Translations under genes and position numbers: made by a program
Source: an uncultured bacterium
GTDB lineage: Bacteria > Zhuqueibacterota > QNDG01 > DTFT01
Reading direction: 5' to 3'
Assembly (NCBI GenBank): GCA_963736115.1
Contig: CAVTNR010000005.1
Span: forward strand, 32,001 to 96,000
Length of the DNA: 64,000 bases
Notes under the pieces: model-generated
Databases searched by the model: none
What the model was told of the DNA's origin: nothing
Seen by the model: only the letters and a program-made list of their open reading frames with translations
Part shown: piece after piece, positions 1-10,844 of the stretch
Position numbering within the stretch: the first letter of the stretch is position 1
Layout: each line of letters opens with the position of its first letter

Positions 1-997
1 ATTTTCTGAAACCCGGTTCGGACCGCATCCATTCGAGCGTCATGGACTGAATCGGTTTGACGCGTCCCTGATTGTCCTGAACAGCCAGCCGGCCGAAGCG
101 TTTTTCAACGGCGGATTGCGGCACGGGGCGGCCACTGAAAGCGGCCGCGTCCGCTGAAGCGTCGGCCGGCCGTGCGGCGCCCGGCGCCGTCAGCAGAAAC
201 AGCAGAATCAGTCCTGCCCCCGAAGATTGGCGGACCGCGCGGCCCAGACTGCGGAACCGTCCTTCAGGCGCGAACAAACCGGCCAGCAGGAACAAACCGA
301 GCAGGACGTACCCGGCATAGGTCGGAAGCATGCCCGGATCGCGGGACACGGTCAGGATGGTTCCCATTTCGTCGTCGTCGTACGAGGACTGATAGAACCG
401 GTATCCGCGATGACGCAGAATGTGGTTCATGAAAATGGAGTACGGTTTCTCCGTCCCCTTCTCCGAATCGATGACGGTCACATCGCTTGTGAAACCGGAC
501 GGCTTCATGGACCCGGGGTAGCGGTCCACCCGGAAATCCTCCAGCCGCAGGCTGAATGGAAGCCGGACCGGTTGAGACGTCTTCTCTGAAATCACGGTTT
601 CGGACGCTTCCCCCTCGCGGATGTTCATGGATCCGGAGAATCCGAGATGGCGTGTGACAGCCGCGCCGATCAAAATGAACAGAAAAGCCAGGTGAAAGAG
701 AAAGACCGTCCTTTTGCCTTTGCGCCACAAGCGGAGCCGGATCAGGTTCGCGGCCAGATTCAGCCCGATGAGGACGAGGAGGATTTCGAACCACGCGGCA
801 TTGTAAACCAGGGATCGGGCCGCTTCAGTCCCGCTCCGCGCTTCGATAAATGTGGCGGCCGCGATGGACACGGCGAAAATCAGGGCCATGACGAGCGCCG
901 CAGGGATCGAGAATAGAGTGTTCGGGATGAATCGCAGGATGCGGGCGACAACGGGGACGGGGGCCTGGGCCGGTTTCGGTTCTGGCATGTCTGTCAT
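1..997 (-). CDS. Fused cytochrome c biogenesis protein CcsBA (ResB/CcsB part; runs off the left edge)
   Basis: Manual translation from ATG 997: ATFIE..G..ARSLVYNAAWFE..VFLFHLAFLFILIGAAVTRHLGFSGSMNIREG ... IFMNHILRHRGYRFYQSSYD..GTILTVSRDPG..PTYAGY, typical of system II CcsBA fusions. Absent from the ORF track because it has no stop in the window. Confidence 0.85.
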   Translation of the reverse strand, partial: MTDMPEPKPAQAPVPVVARILRFIPNTLFSIPAALVMALIFAVSIAAATFIEARSGTEAARSLVYNAAWFEILLVLIGLNLAANLIRLRLWRKGKRTVFLFHLAFLFILIGAAVTRHLGFSGSMNIREGEASETVISEKTSQPVRLPFSLRLEDFRVDRYPGSMKPSGFTSDVTVIDSEKGTEKPYSIFMNHILRHRGYRFYQSSYDDDEMGTILTVSRDPGMLPTYAGYVLLGLFLLAGLFAPEGRFRSLGRAVRQSSGAGLILLFLLTAPGAARPADASADAAAFSGRPVPQSAVEKRFGRLAVQDNQGRVKPIQSMTLEWMRSEPGFRK

Positions 998-1144
998 TCG
1001 GGATTCTCCGGGGATGGAAGGTCGGTGCGCACGGCAGTATTGCGCAATGATGCAAAGGTAATCATTTCAAGGGATTGGGTCAAGGGGCAAAACGAAGCCG
1101 GTGCCGGAGATGCCTGTGCGACGCACTTTCAAAATGCGCCGCAC

Positions 1145-1186
1145 AAAAAAAGACGGGAACCTTCCGGAAAAAGATTCTCGTCTTTT
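1145..1186 (-). terminator. Rho-independent terminator after the sigma factor gene
   Basis: AAAAGACGGGAA...TTCTCGTCTTTT imperfect hairpin with A/T runs. Confidence 0.6.
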
Positions 1187-1214
1187 GGATACTCCATGAT
1201 CCGGTGGTCCTCTT

Positions 1215-2063
1215 TTATCCCAGGTATTGCTGAAGAGCCCCGCTTCTTGAATGCCGGCGGAGTTTCCGCAATCCCTTCTCCTTGATCTGTCTCACCCGCT
1301 CGCGGGTCAGATGGATTTGATTCCCGATTTCCTCCAGATTCATGCTCCGGCCGGCATCCAAACCGAAATACAGCCGGATGACCCGGGCCTCCCGTTCAGT
1401 CAGCGTGTCCAGCGCCTTCCGGATCTCATCCTGGAGCGATTCCACCGCCAGACGGGCGTCCGGAGCGGATTGATGCTCATCCTTGACGACATCCAGCAGG
1501 CACGTTTCGGAATCGTGGCTCATCGGCGCGTCGAGAGAATACTGCTTTCCGGACAGGCTCAGGTGATCGATGACGTCCTGCGGCCCCAATTCCATCTGCT
1601 CGGCGATTTCGAAAATGCTGGGATCCCGGCCGAATTCCTGTTCAAGGACGCCGCAGGCCTTGCTGATGCGGTTCAGCGTCCCGATCCGGTTCAGCGGAAG
1701 CCGGACCACTCTTGAATGCTCCGCCAGGGCCTGCTGGATCGACTGCCGGATCCACCACACCGCGTACGAGATGAACTTGAAACCCCGGGTCTCGTCGAAC
1801 CGCCTTGCGGCTTTGATCAGGCCGACATTGCCCTCATTGATGAGGTCGGCGAAGGACAGCCCCCTGTTCTGGTATTGCTTGGTGACGCTCACGACGAAAC
1901 GGAGATTGGCCGTGGTCAGCTTCTCAAGCGCCTGCTCGTCTCCCTGCCGGATCCGCCGGGCCAGCTGAATTTCCTCCTCGGCTGACAACAGGGCGACATT
2001 CCCGATCTCCTGGAGGTATAAATCGAGGGATGAATTGGCTCTGCTCTGTCGGCTCTTTATCAT
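1215..2063 (-). CDS. rpoD: RNA polymerase sigma factor, RpoD/SigA family (short form lacking region 1.1)
   Basis: LDLYLQEIG, NLRFVVSV.KQY, DLINEGN.GLIKAARRFDETRGFKFISYAVWWIRQ, region 4 LTRERVRQIKEK; could be a paralog of the primary sigma. Confidence 0.85.
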   Translation of the reverse strand: MIKSRQSRANSSLDLYLQEIGNVALLSAEEEIQLARRIRQGDEQALEKLTTANLRFVVSVTKQYQNRGLSFADLINEGNVGLIKAARRFDETRGFKFISYAVWWIRQSIQQALAEHSRVVRLPLNRIGTLNRISKACGVLEQEFGRDPSIFEIAEQMELGPQDVIDHLSLSGKQYSLDAPMSHDSETCLLDVVKDEHQSAPDARLAVESLQDEIRKALDTLTEREARVIRLYFGLDAGRSMNLEEIGNQIHLTRERVRQIKEKGLRKLRRHSRSGALQQYLG

Positions 2064-2104
2064 ATAAAGGGACCCGCTCCTCTCGGTGGCTGTTCGTTCA
2101 GGCG

Positions 2105-2413
2105 CTAAACCATCACCACGGAATTTTCACATGCGCCATAGGAGGAATGCACATATTTGTCCGCCTGAAAGTCATTCTGCCATTTCTGACCGTCGATCAG
2201 GTATCGATACTGATATTCCCTGCCCGCTTTTAATTCGACGACGACCTTGAGTGATCCGTCTCTGGACTTTTTAAGAGGCGTGCTCCGTTCCTGCCAGTCG
2301 TTGAACTCACCGACCAAATGGACGCTCTTTCCGATGGGCGCTGTTTCTTTCGGGATGCTGAATGTGACACTGCAGGCATTACTGTCTTTCGCGTACTTTT
2401 TGAACAATCCCAC
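2105..2413 (-). CDS. Isoamylase early-set / CBM48-like glycogen-binding domain protein
   Basis: VHLVGEFNDW, YQYRYLIDGQKWQND..AD.YV..YG..NSVV. Confidence 0.85.
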   Translation of the reverse strand: MGLFKKYAKDSNACSVTFSIPKETAPIGKSVHLVGEFNDWQERSTPLKKSRDGSLKVVVELKAGREYQYRYLIDGQKWQNDFQADKYVHSSYGACENSVVMV

Positions 2414-2621
2414 TGGATTCTCCGTTCGGTGACTGGATGCGGGTGATCGATGAGATGGTTAGATTAAAACAGGTTCGAAGGGGAGAGACATGATTTCGGC
2501 ATTTAATATACGATATTATTTTCAATAAGTCAATTAATTTTAATTATTTATTATCTCGCCCGACAGCCTCTGCGGAATGATGGGGACCCTGTACCCCCGT
2601 CACAAACAGCTCTTTTCAAAT

Positions 2622-2651
2622 AAAAAACCCGGCCTCAATATCCGGGTTTTC
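2622..2651 (-). terminator. Terminator downstream of the S74-domain gene
   Basis: AAAAAACCCGG-loop-CCGGGTTTT. Confidence 0.6.
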
Positions 2652-2702
2652 TTCATCCCAAAGGGGATTGAGATCCGAAGGGCGGAGGTCCTGTCGACGG
2701 GC

Positions 2703-4355
2703 TTATTTCATCATCCCCTTCTCCAGTGCTTCAATGCGCTTTCCCTGCTCTTTCACCACGGCCAGGAGCAGACCGATGCAGTCGCCGGTCGCCATGCTGT
2801 TCCGGTCCTTTCCGGAAAGGATCCCCGGCGTGTCCTCCGCAATGAATCCGACATGGAAAGGCGCATCGGAATTCTCTGCCACTTCGGTCTTGAATCGATA
2901 CTTGACGATCTGAACGTCTGATAGAATAGCCTGAACATCCAGATCATTGGGGGCGATGTCCTGCTTGAGCTGGCGCGACGATCCGTTATGCCACTCGTGA
3001 TCGGTTGCGCTGTAAAATCCTCCGACTCCGTCCGCTTCCATATCGAGCAGGTAGTCGGGTGTCGGGTCGCCGATACCCACATTCCCTGTGCCTTCAATGG
3101 TGACCAGATCACTGAAATCCCAAATGCTAAAACTGATTCGGCCTTTCTTGTCCGTCGCAGAGGGGATGAAATACATGTTTCCCGATTCATTCCTCGAACA
3201 TTACCTGCCGAAGATAATGCCCGAAGTATGGACGCCGTCGGCCGCGTTCGGGGCGATGATATCCAGCATCTCATTCCAATCGGTTGTACTTTCATTCTGA
3301 ACGGTCAACAGCGCATTGGGCGTGGCCGTTCCGACGCCCACTTTACCGTTCTTGAGTACGGTCACGGCATTGGTTTTGGGAGGCCCCTCATCCGCACCGA
3401 TACCGATTTCAAATATAGGATCGCTGGAAACCCAGCTATCGGCCGTACCGCCTCCAACATTACCCTGCCCGATTGCCATGGATGCCCAGGATCCGGCCGT
3501 GGTGCTTCTGCCCATTGCAGTCGAAAAAACACCGCTGGCCGTGGTGCCACACCCGATTGCTGTGGAGGAATAATGGCTGGCAACGGTATTCACACCCATG
3601 GCCGTGGACTCATCACCGCTGGCGATGGTGGAATTGCCCATGGCTGTGGAGGAACGGCCGTTGGCAGCGGTGCTCGAACCCAGGGCCGTGGAATTATCGC
3701 CGCTGGCCGAGGTGAAAGCACCCATGGCCGTGGAAGCCGCGCCGCTCGCGGTGTTGGAACTACCCATCGCCGTGGAAGACGCGCCGCTGGCGGTGTTGGA
3801 ACGACCCATCGCCGTGGAGCCCTCGCCGCTTGCCGTGGTACTCTTTCCCGTGGCCGTGGAATAAGCTCCGACATTGGCTTCATTCCATTGATCTCCACCG
3901 ACATATCCCGCCCTGAAAGCGGCCTTCTTCGGGTACCAGATCAGACGTGTTCCCACACTCGATGTGGTAAGCGTGGTGTCCGTTCCGAACATCCCTTTTG
4001 CGATGATACCTCCACCGTTCAGACTCAGGTTGAACTCCGGAGCGGAGGTGCCGATGCCCACCTTATCCCATGATGTTGTGGTATGGATAGATCCGCCACC
4101 GTCCGTCCACCCGCCGGCGCTTCCTGCGGTGCCCAGCGCGCTGCCGTTCCAGAACAGGGAACCGCTCACGTTGTAGAGTTTGTTGGCCGTGGCCGCGGGC
4201 GTGAAACCGGCCGGCAGGGTGATGGACCCGACCGTTCCTTCATCGTTCACCTCCATGAGAATGTTGGAGTCGCTGTCTTCGACCGTCATCTTCTGGGCAA
4301 ATCCGCTCCCGTACAGGAACAGAAAAAACGCGCAAAAGAACAATCGTCTTTTCAT
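2703..4355 (-). pseudogene. Secreted fibre/adhesin-like protein with YadA/Hep_Hag head repeats and a C-terminal peptidase S74 chaperone domain, interrupted by an in-frame TAA at 3201-3203
   Basis: Signal peptide MKRRLFFCAFFLFLYGSGFAQ, GTRLIWYPKKAAFRAG, repeated STAMG..TTASG, VGIG motifs, SSRQLKQDI...GFIAED coiled-coil end. ORFs 3201..4586 and 2703..3176 share one frame (GGC AGG TAA TGT TCG AGG AAT GAA TCG GGA AAC ATG). Confidence 0.75.
3470..3865 (-). repeat. Tandem ~42-bp (14-aa) coding repeats of YadA-head type
   Basis: About 9-10 units of STAMGxxTTASGxx. Confidence 0.85.
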
Positions 4356-4543
4356 CGCAAACCTCACGCGGCGGACGATCAGGAAAGAAAGATTACAAGG
4401 CAAAGACCCTTCCCGGAGAATCCCGCGTTCCGGTTCAGGAGAGAAAGAGGAGGAAAAAGAGGATGGAAAGGGCCCTAATATACTGGAAAAGTATGCAATC
4501 GCACGAAGGGAAACAAGCGGATAATTGTGGATGTCCATGTAAT

Positions 4544-4573
4544 AAAAAAGCCCGGAAATGACTCCGGGCTTTT
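4544..4573 (-). terminator. Terminator after tRNA-His/tRNA-Glu
   Basis: AAAAAAGCCCGGA-aatgac-TCCGGGCTTTT. Confidence 0.75.
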
Positions 4574-4577
4574 GAAG

Positions 4578-4650
4578 CGTCCCCATGGGGATTCGAACCC
4601 CAGTTACAAGATCGAAAATCTTGAGTCCTAGGCCTCTAGACGATGGGGAC
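4578..4650 (-). tRNA. tRNA-Glu(TTC)
   Basis: Reverse complement GTCCCCATCGTCTAGAGGCCTAGGAC-TCAAGA-TT-TTC-GA-TCTTG...GGTTCGAATCCCCATGGGGACG. Confidence 0.95.
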
Positions 4651-4697
4651 GGGTGTTTTCGAGGTTGTCAAAGACGGCTCTGAACGGGCCGGCCGTT

Positions 4698-4774
4698 TGG
4701 GTGAGTAACGGGACTCGAACCCGCGACCTTCAGGGCCACAACCTGACGCTCTAACCAACTGAGCTATACCCACC
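4698..4774 (-). tRNA. tRNA-His(GTG)
   Basis: Reverse complement GGTGGGTATAGCTCAGTTGGTTAGAGCG-TCAGG-TT-GTG-GC-CCTGA...GGTTCGAGTCCCGTTACTCACCCA, with G-1. Confidence 0.95.
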
Positions 4775-4823
4775 ATGAACAAAGCCGTATAATTTAAGAA
4801 AATGACTTACGGAAATCAAGTAT

Positions 4824-4861
4824 AAAAAACGCTCCGTCCATTTTCCTGGACGGAGCGTTTT
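4824..4861 (-). terminator. Strong terminator hairpin
   Basis: AAAACGCTCCGTCCA-ttttcc-TGGACGGAGCGTTTT perfect stem. Confidence 0.8.
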
Positions 4862-4897
4862 CAAGGAAGTGAAGGAAGTGAAGGTTTCGTGATAGGG

Positions 4898-5107
4898 TCA
4901 GTTGACCAGCGCATGCACCCGGGTGCGGGGGTCTTTGACCGGCTGATAATGGCGCTTGGGGCTTTCCTTTTCCAGGAAATCCAGCCTGGCCTTGTAAATC
5001 CGGTTCTCGTGGATCAACTTGGCCTTGGCGCCGTACGCGAGCACGGCCATTCCGAGCATGCCGAAAAGTCCTCCCGCCAGGAACGAGACAACCAGTAAAA
5101 CCGCCAT
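4898..5107 (-). CDS. Small single-TM hypothetical protein (69 aa)
   Basis: MAVLLVVSFLAGGLFGMLGMAVLAYG hydrophobic N-terminus, charged tail, followed by a terminator. Confidence 0.65.
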   Translation of the reverse strand: MAVLLVVSFLAGGLFGMLGMAVLAYGAKAKLIHENRIYKARLDFLEKESPKRHYQPVKDPRTRVHALVN

Positions 5108-5344
5108 AACAACCCCCGATTCAGTTTGAAAATGACTCCAGCCGATAATTTCAAAACTGTAACAATTCCCGCCTGAAATTCTACCTATGGTAGGCATATG
5201 CAAATTATGGACCGAAGTTTTCGTGCCTGAAATCGATTGTAACAACGGTAGAAAGCTGAAAATTCTTCTTTTTTACAGCAATTGCTTGGAAGAAATTGCC
5301 TGGTCAACCATGTGTCCAAATTCTAACCTCATATTCTCCCTGGA

Positions 5345-6595
5345 ATGTTGAAAAAATCATTCCAATTCATTAAATTGGACAGACAAATGAAAAAACAGCA
5401 TAAATCATTGATTTTCAACAGAAACTCGGGGAACCGCTTTTCCATCCCGGTTCTTCTCTCCTCCATTGAGAAACGAGGACTTGAAAAGTCATTTTCAGTG
5501 CGGGTTAAAGACGATCTGTGCCCTGATTCTGTGCCGGATGGAGCGATTGTCGCTTTTTCCTTCCAGACTGTGCATCTCCCTGAAGTGCGGGCGGATGTAC
5601 GAAAATTCAGGCAAAAAGCCGGAATCCGGCTCATTGCCGGAGGCCCCCATGCCACGGGTGATCCGGAAAATACGTTGAAACTGGGTTTTGATACGGTTTT
5701 CCAGGGGGACGGGGAAGAAATACTTCCTGATTTTCTGGAGTCTATCGCCGGTTCAGGAAAATGGCCGGAGAAACGGATATTCCGGGCCGACCCTATGGAG
5801 GACCTGGAGCAAAGTCTCCCCTTTTCCGGTATGGATCCGTTCATCCCCCCTATCGAGATCATGCGCGGATGCGGCCAGGCCTGCCGCTTCTGTCAGACCC
5901 GGGGAAGAAAGCCTGTTTTCCGGTCCATGGATTCAGTGCGGCTGTATTTGGAAGAAATCAGGCGCAGACACATGCTGCTCCGTCTGGGTTTCATATGCCC
6001 GGACGGATTCGGTTTTAAACAGGACGGACTGGAAACAGCGGAAACGATTGAAATGCTCCTGGCCGAATCCAAATCCGCCGGAATCCGGTTCCTGGAATAC
6101 GGGATATTCCCCTCAGAGGTGAGGCCGAACCACGTCACCGCCCGCCTCCTGGCCGCGGTCCGCAGGTACTGCTCGAACCGGAAAATAACGGTGGGCGCCC
6201 AGTCCGGCTCCGGGAAAATTCTGCGCCGGGTGTGCCGTGGCCATGGAAAGGAGAGCATCGAGGAAGCGTCTGCCCTGATCCGCGAAGCCGGATTCAAACC
6301 CCAGCTCGATTTCATTATCGGATTCCCGGAGGAAACGGACGAGGACAGGCTGGAAACCGTGGAGTTCATGAGGCGGATGGGCATCCGGTACGGCGCATGG
6401 AACCAGGTGCATTATTTTTTGCCGCTCTCAGGAACCCCTTATTACGGAATGAAGCCTTCGGTGATTTCAGCGTCTACGGTCCGGAAGCTGGACGGACTCG
6501 CTTCAGCGGGCCTGGCGAATGACTGGTGGAAGAAAGGGCTAGTGCTGTCCAGGAAGATTGTGGAGACGCTGGAGGAGATGGAGCAAAATGAATGA
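5345..6595 (+). CDS. B12-binding-domain radical SAM protein (TIGR04013-like); start may be 5387
   Basis: IAGGPHATGDP, GDGEE, PIEIMRGCGQACRFCQT (CxxxCxxC), FPSEVRP, GAQSGS, DFIIGFPEET. Confidence 0.85.
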   Translation: MLKKSFQFIKLDRQMKKQHKSLIFNRNSGNRFSIPVLLSSIEKRGLEKSFSVRVKDDLCPDSVPDGAIVAFSFQTVHLPEVRADVRKFRQKAGIRLIAGGPHATGDPENTLKLGFDTVFQGDGEEILPDFLESIAGSGKWPEKRIFRADPMEDLEQSLPFSGMDPFIPPIEIMRGCGQACRFCQTRGRKPVFRSMDSVRLYLEEIRRRHMLLRLGFICPDGFGFKQDGLETAETIEMLLAESKSAGIRFLEYGIFPSEVRPNHVTARLLAAVRRYCSNRKITVGAQSGSGKILRRVCRGHGKESIEEASALIREAGFKPQLDFIIGFPEETDEDRLETVEFMRRMGIRYGAWNQVHYFLPLSGTPYYGMKPSVISASTVRKLDGLASAGLANDWWKKGLVLSRKIVETLEEMEQNE

Positions 6596-6597
6596 TC

Positions 6598-6679
6598 GTT
6601 CCGGGTTCGGAGTGCCGGGTTCCGAGTCGAAACATCCCTGATCACCAACTCGGAACCCGAAACCCTGAACACGGAACCT
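6598..6679. repeat. Inverted pair of degenerate heptamer arrays (GGGTTCC/GGAACCC family)
   Basis: gttccgggttcggagtgccgggttccgagt ... actcggaacccgaaaccctgaacacggaacc. Confidence 0.7.
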
Positions 6680-6685
6680 CAAGCG

Positions 6686-6813
6686 GGTAGCCGCGACCTT
6701 CAGGTCGCGCCCTTTAACAAGGGAACCTTGAAAGAATAATCGCGGGCTGAAGCCCGGTTGAACGGGATCAATCTATTATTATATGCATATCGTATTGAAG
6801 GCCCGCGGCTACC
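6686..6813. repeat. GTAG-type REP doublet (REPIN-like) with an internal cassette
   Basis: GGTAGCCGCGACCTTCAGGTCGCG ... CGCGGGCTGAAG[cassette]GCCCGCGGCTACC; right half homologous to 63146-63214. Confidence 0.7.
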
Positions 6814-6865
6814 GAATATTCCGATATCCGATAGCTCTACGACTTCGTCGCGGAGCATTTCGGAC

Positions 6866-8023
6866 CTACAAAGTATATTGCCTTTGATCCGGCTCCGGAA
6901 ATCCCAGTTCCGGAAACCGGCGGTGCAGGCTCTCGGCGAAGCGGAAATCCAGGTCCGCGTTGTCCTCAGGCGCGAATCCCATGACTTTCTCCCACACCGG
7001 CCGCGACTCCATGCAGAAATAAACAAACACGTCATCGGACCTGCGGCGTATCCGTTCCATGACGGACCGGTACAGGGTTGTACGCAGAGGCCGCGGATAT
7101 CGCATCTTTCCATCCAACCCCCGAATCATCTCTCCGGTTCCGATGCGGCTCTTCGGGAACCGCGTCCGGATCACATCTCCGAGCGCCGGCGGATAGCGCA
7201 GACTGCCGAGGCTGATCCAGGCCACGCGGGCCGGATCAACCGCATCGAACAGACGGTCCGTCAACGCCGTGTATTCCCTATCGCAGTCCGGAAAATCGAG
7301 AACGGGATCGAAGTGGAAACCGACGAGGAATCCGGCCTCCGCGCACCGGGCCGCCGCGTCCAGGCGGCGCTCCAGAGGCGCGGCGCCGTGTTCCTCGGCC
7401 GTGACGATGGAGGGCGGATTCACGGACCAGGAGATGACCGCGCGGCGCGATTCAGCTTCGAGCGCGCCGTCCACGTGGACGGTCTTGGTCTTGAGTTCGA
7501 ACAAGGCATTGGACCTGGCCGCGAAGAATTCGATGAACGTCCTGGCCGTGCCGGTCAGATCATCCAGCGCGAGGCTGTCCGCGAGTTCGCCTGTTCCGAT
7601 CCGGAACAGGCGGTGCGGCTTTTCATCCAGAAGGCGGCCGGCCTGTGCGAGCATGTCGTTCGTGTTGACGAAAACGGTCTGGCACGGCGAGTCCAGATAG
7701 GTCTGGAGCACGCAGTACGCGCAGTCCATGGGGCACTGGGACTGGGCGTTCATCACAGTGTACCGGCAGCAGAGATACGGCTCCGCCGTGGCCGGACAGG
7801 GTTCGACGAGGCTGCCGCGGCCGACCGTGAGCCTGAGCACGGCCTTGCCCCGGGTCAGCGGCAGGCGGCTGATCGAACGGCTGAAGGTTTCCCCGTCGGA
7901 CACGGAACGGGCTGTGCCCGGCAGGCGCTCCAGGATATGTTCGGTCAGCGGATAGGAGACCGCTTCCGGATCGATTTCTATCCGGTCGAAGCGGAAAGGG
8001 ATTTCCATTCTCATCAGGGACAT
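6866..8023 (-). CDS. Spore photoproduct lyase family radical SAM protein
   Basis: CPATAEPYLCCRY, QCPMDCAYCVLQTY, RIGTGELADSLALD, FELKTKT, GFHFDP, VYFCMES. Confidence 0.9.
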   Translation of the reverse strand: MSLMRMEIPFRFDRIEIDPEAVSYPLTEHILERLPGTARSVSDGETFSRSISRLPLTRGKAVLRLTVGRGSLVEPCPATAEPYLCCRYTVMNAQSQCPMDCAYCVLQTYLDSPCQTVFVNTNDMLAQAGRLLDEKPHRLFRIGTGELADSLALDDLTGTARTFIEFFAARSNALFELKTKTVHVDGALEAESRRAVISWSVNPPSIVTAEEHGAAPLERRLDAAARCAEAGFLVGFHFDPVLDFPDCDREYTALTDRLFDAVDPARVAWISLGSLRYPPALGDVIRTRFPKSRIGTGEMIRGLDGKMRYPRPLRTTLYRSVMERIRRRSDDVFVYFCMESRPVWEKVMGFAPEDNADLDFRFAESLHRRFPELGFPEPDQRQYTL

Positions 8024-8033
8024 CGGGCCGCTC

Positions 8034-8981
8034 TCAGAGCAGTTCGAACATGGAGCGCAGGCCTTCGCGTGTCATGGAATCGCTGAGCGCTGATGCCAGT
8101 TCGGACGCATCCGCCTCAGTCCGGAGCAAGGCCTCGAGGCGCAGTCCAGGGGATTCCAGAGACGCATCCCAGTCCAGGACACAGAACGGCGGAAACCGCA
8201 TCCCGCTTCTCGCCCGGGTCAGGGATTCATTCCATTCCGTCAGCCGCGGCCGGCGCATCCGCTTCAGGTTATCCTTGAGCAATGCGATCCGCTCGTTCCG
8301 GTTCATCCCCGGCCGCGAATCCCCCGCGGACGCCCCGGCCAGCACCGCGTCCACCGGCCGGCTGTCGCGGCGGCCGATTTCCCATGCGGTCCGTACGATC
8401 TCAGTTAATTCCACTGGACGGAGCTGGAGTTCCGACCCCAGTTCCGCGGCCGCTTTCTGGCCGGACGGATCGAGCGTCAGGAAGAAGGACGCCTGCTTGA
8501 AAGCCGCGGGGAAACGTTCCAGATGGCGCATCAGTGAAGGCTCCAGCCCGAGAAGCCCGATGAGTTCATCAGGCGACGGGGCGGATTCGGAAAGTTCCAG
8601 CGCCTCCCCGCAACGACCGGGGATTTCCGCGTCCGGCGCTCCGGCCCGTCTGAGAATCTCCACGATCCTCGCCTTTTCGAACAGATGGAGGGGTCGAGTC
8701 GCGGCATGTTCGAGAACCGCGTCCGCGAAATGCAGCCAGACCGGTGTTTCCGGGGACAGCACACGGCCGGGCGCGGTTTCAAGCCCGGCGGCTTCGGCCG
8801 CGCGGATCCTGCTGAACCCGGCCACCGGCCGCCAGCCCCCTTCCGCGGCCAGCACGGGAATCGGATTCAGGATGCCGCTGGCGGCCACTGACCGTTCCAG
8901 ACCGGGCTTTTCCGCATCCGGAGCAAAAGCAAAAAAGAAATCCCGGAGGATTTCTTTCAAGGGGATCGCGATGACGTTCAT
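8034..8981 (-). CDS. ParB/Srx N-terminal domain protein
   Basis: LERSVAASGILNPI.V...VAGFSRIRAA ParB-like N-domain with a divergent C-terminus. Confidence 0.7.
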   Translation of the reverse strand: MNVIAIPLKEILRDFFFAFAPDAEKPGLERSVAASGILNPIPVLAAEGGWRPVAGFSRIRAAEAAGLETAPGRVLSPETPVWLHFADAVLEHAATRPLHLFEKARIVEILRRAGAPDAEIPGRCGEALELSESAPSPDELIGLLGLEPSLMRHLERFPAAFKQASFFLTLDPSGQKAAAELGSELQLRPVELTEIVRTAWEIGRRDSRPVDAVLAGASAGDSRPGMNRNERIALLKDNLKRMRRPRLTEWNESLTRARSGMRFPPFCVLDWDASLESPGLRLEALLRTEADASELASALSDSMTREGLRSMFELL

Positions 8982-8985
8982 GGGG

Positions 8986-10146
<1,161 letters not shown>

Positions 10147-10187
10147 GAAACCGATCCTCTCCTATGAGTCGTTCAGGCCGGGCCGGC

Positions 10188-10844
10188 CTATTCCCCGGTG
10201 AGCGCCCGGAGCCTGCCGACCGTGATTTCCTCCATGGACCGGACCACCCAGTCGGCCGGGGTCAAATCCTGGCCCGTGCTGTTCGGATTGCGGAATCCCA
10301 CACAGAACATGCCGGCCGACTTGGCCGCGGCCACGCCGTTCGTCGAATCCTCGATGACCACGCACTGTCCGGGATGGACCCCGAGCCTGGCGGCCGCTTC
10401 GAGGAATATGTCCGGATGCGGTTTCGATCGGGCCGCATCGTCTCCCGATACAACTGCCGTAAAACGGTCAGCGAGACCGGTCTGCGACAGAACGAGTTGC
10501 GCCAGCTCGCGGTTTGAACTGGTTCCGACCGCGATCGGAACTCCGGCCCCGGACAGGGTCCGGATCAGATTGAAAGTCCCTGGAACCGGAGGGACTCCCT
10601 CTCCGAAAAGACGGAGGAGGTTCGATTTATATGAAGCATATAAAACGTCAAAGGTAACGTTTAAGTGATAACGCTCAATAAAACGCGTCATGAGTAGGCT
10701 TGCCTCGGTTCCCATATAGGAATCGAGTTCTCCATCGGTCAATGCAATGCCGAAGGGAGCCAGGGTAACGCGTTCGGTTTTCTTATGGAGCGGTTCTGTG
10801 TCTACGATCACTCCATCCATATCGAAAATGACTGCCTGGAACAG
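10188..10844 (-). CDS. HAD-family phosphatase (beta-phosphoglucomutase-like); apparent CTG start
   Basis: FQAVIFDMDGVIVDTEP, GTSS, KPHPDIF, VIEDSTNGVAAAK. Confidence 0.9.
   Translation of the reverse strand: MFQAVIFDMDGVIVDTEPLHKKTERVTLAPFGIALTDGELDSYMGTEASLLMTRFIERYHLNVTFDVLYASYKSNLLRLFGEGVPPVPGTFNLIRTLSGAGVPIAVGTSSNRELAQLVLSQTGLADRFTAVVSGDDAARSKPHPDIFLEAAARLGVHPGQCVVIEDSTNGVAAAKSAGMFCVGFRNPNSTGQDLTPADWVVRSMEEITVGRLRALTGE

Noticed and set aside
3201-3203. Sec/Pyl recoding of the internal stop
   Set aside because: The codon is TAA, not TGA or TAG, and TAA is used as a normal stop elsewhere in the window
2703-4650. Prophage or DGR target at tRNA-Glu
   Set aside because: No integrase, structural genes, reverse transcriptase, template repeat or visible att duplication
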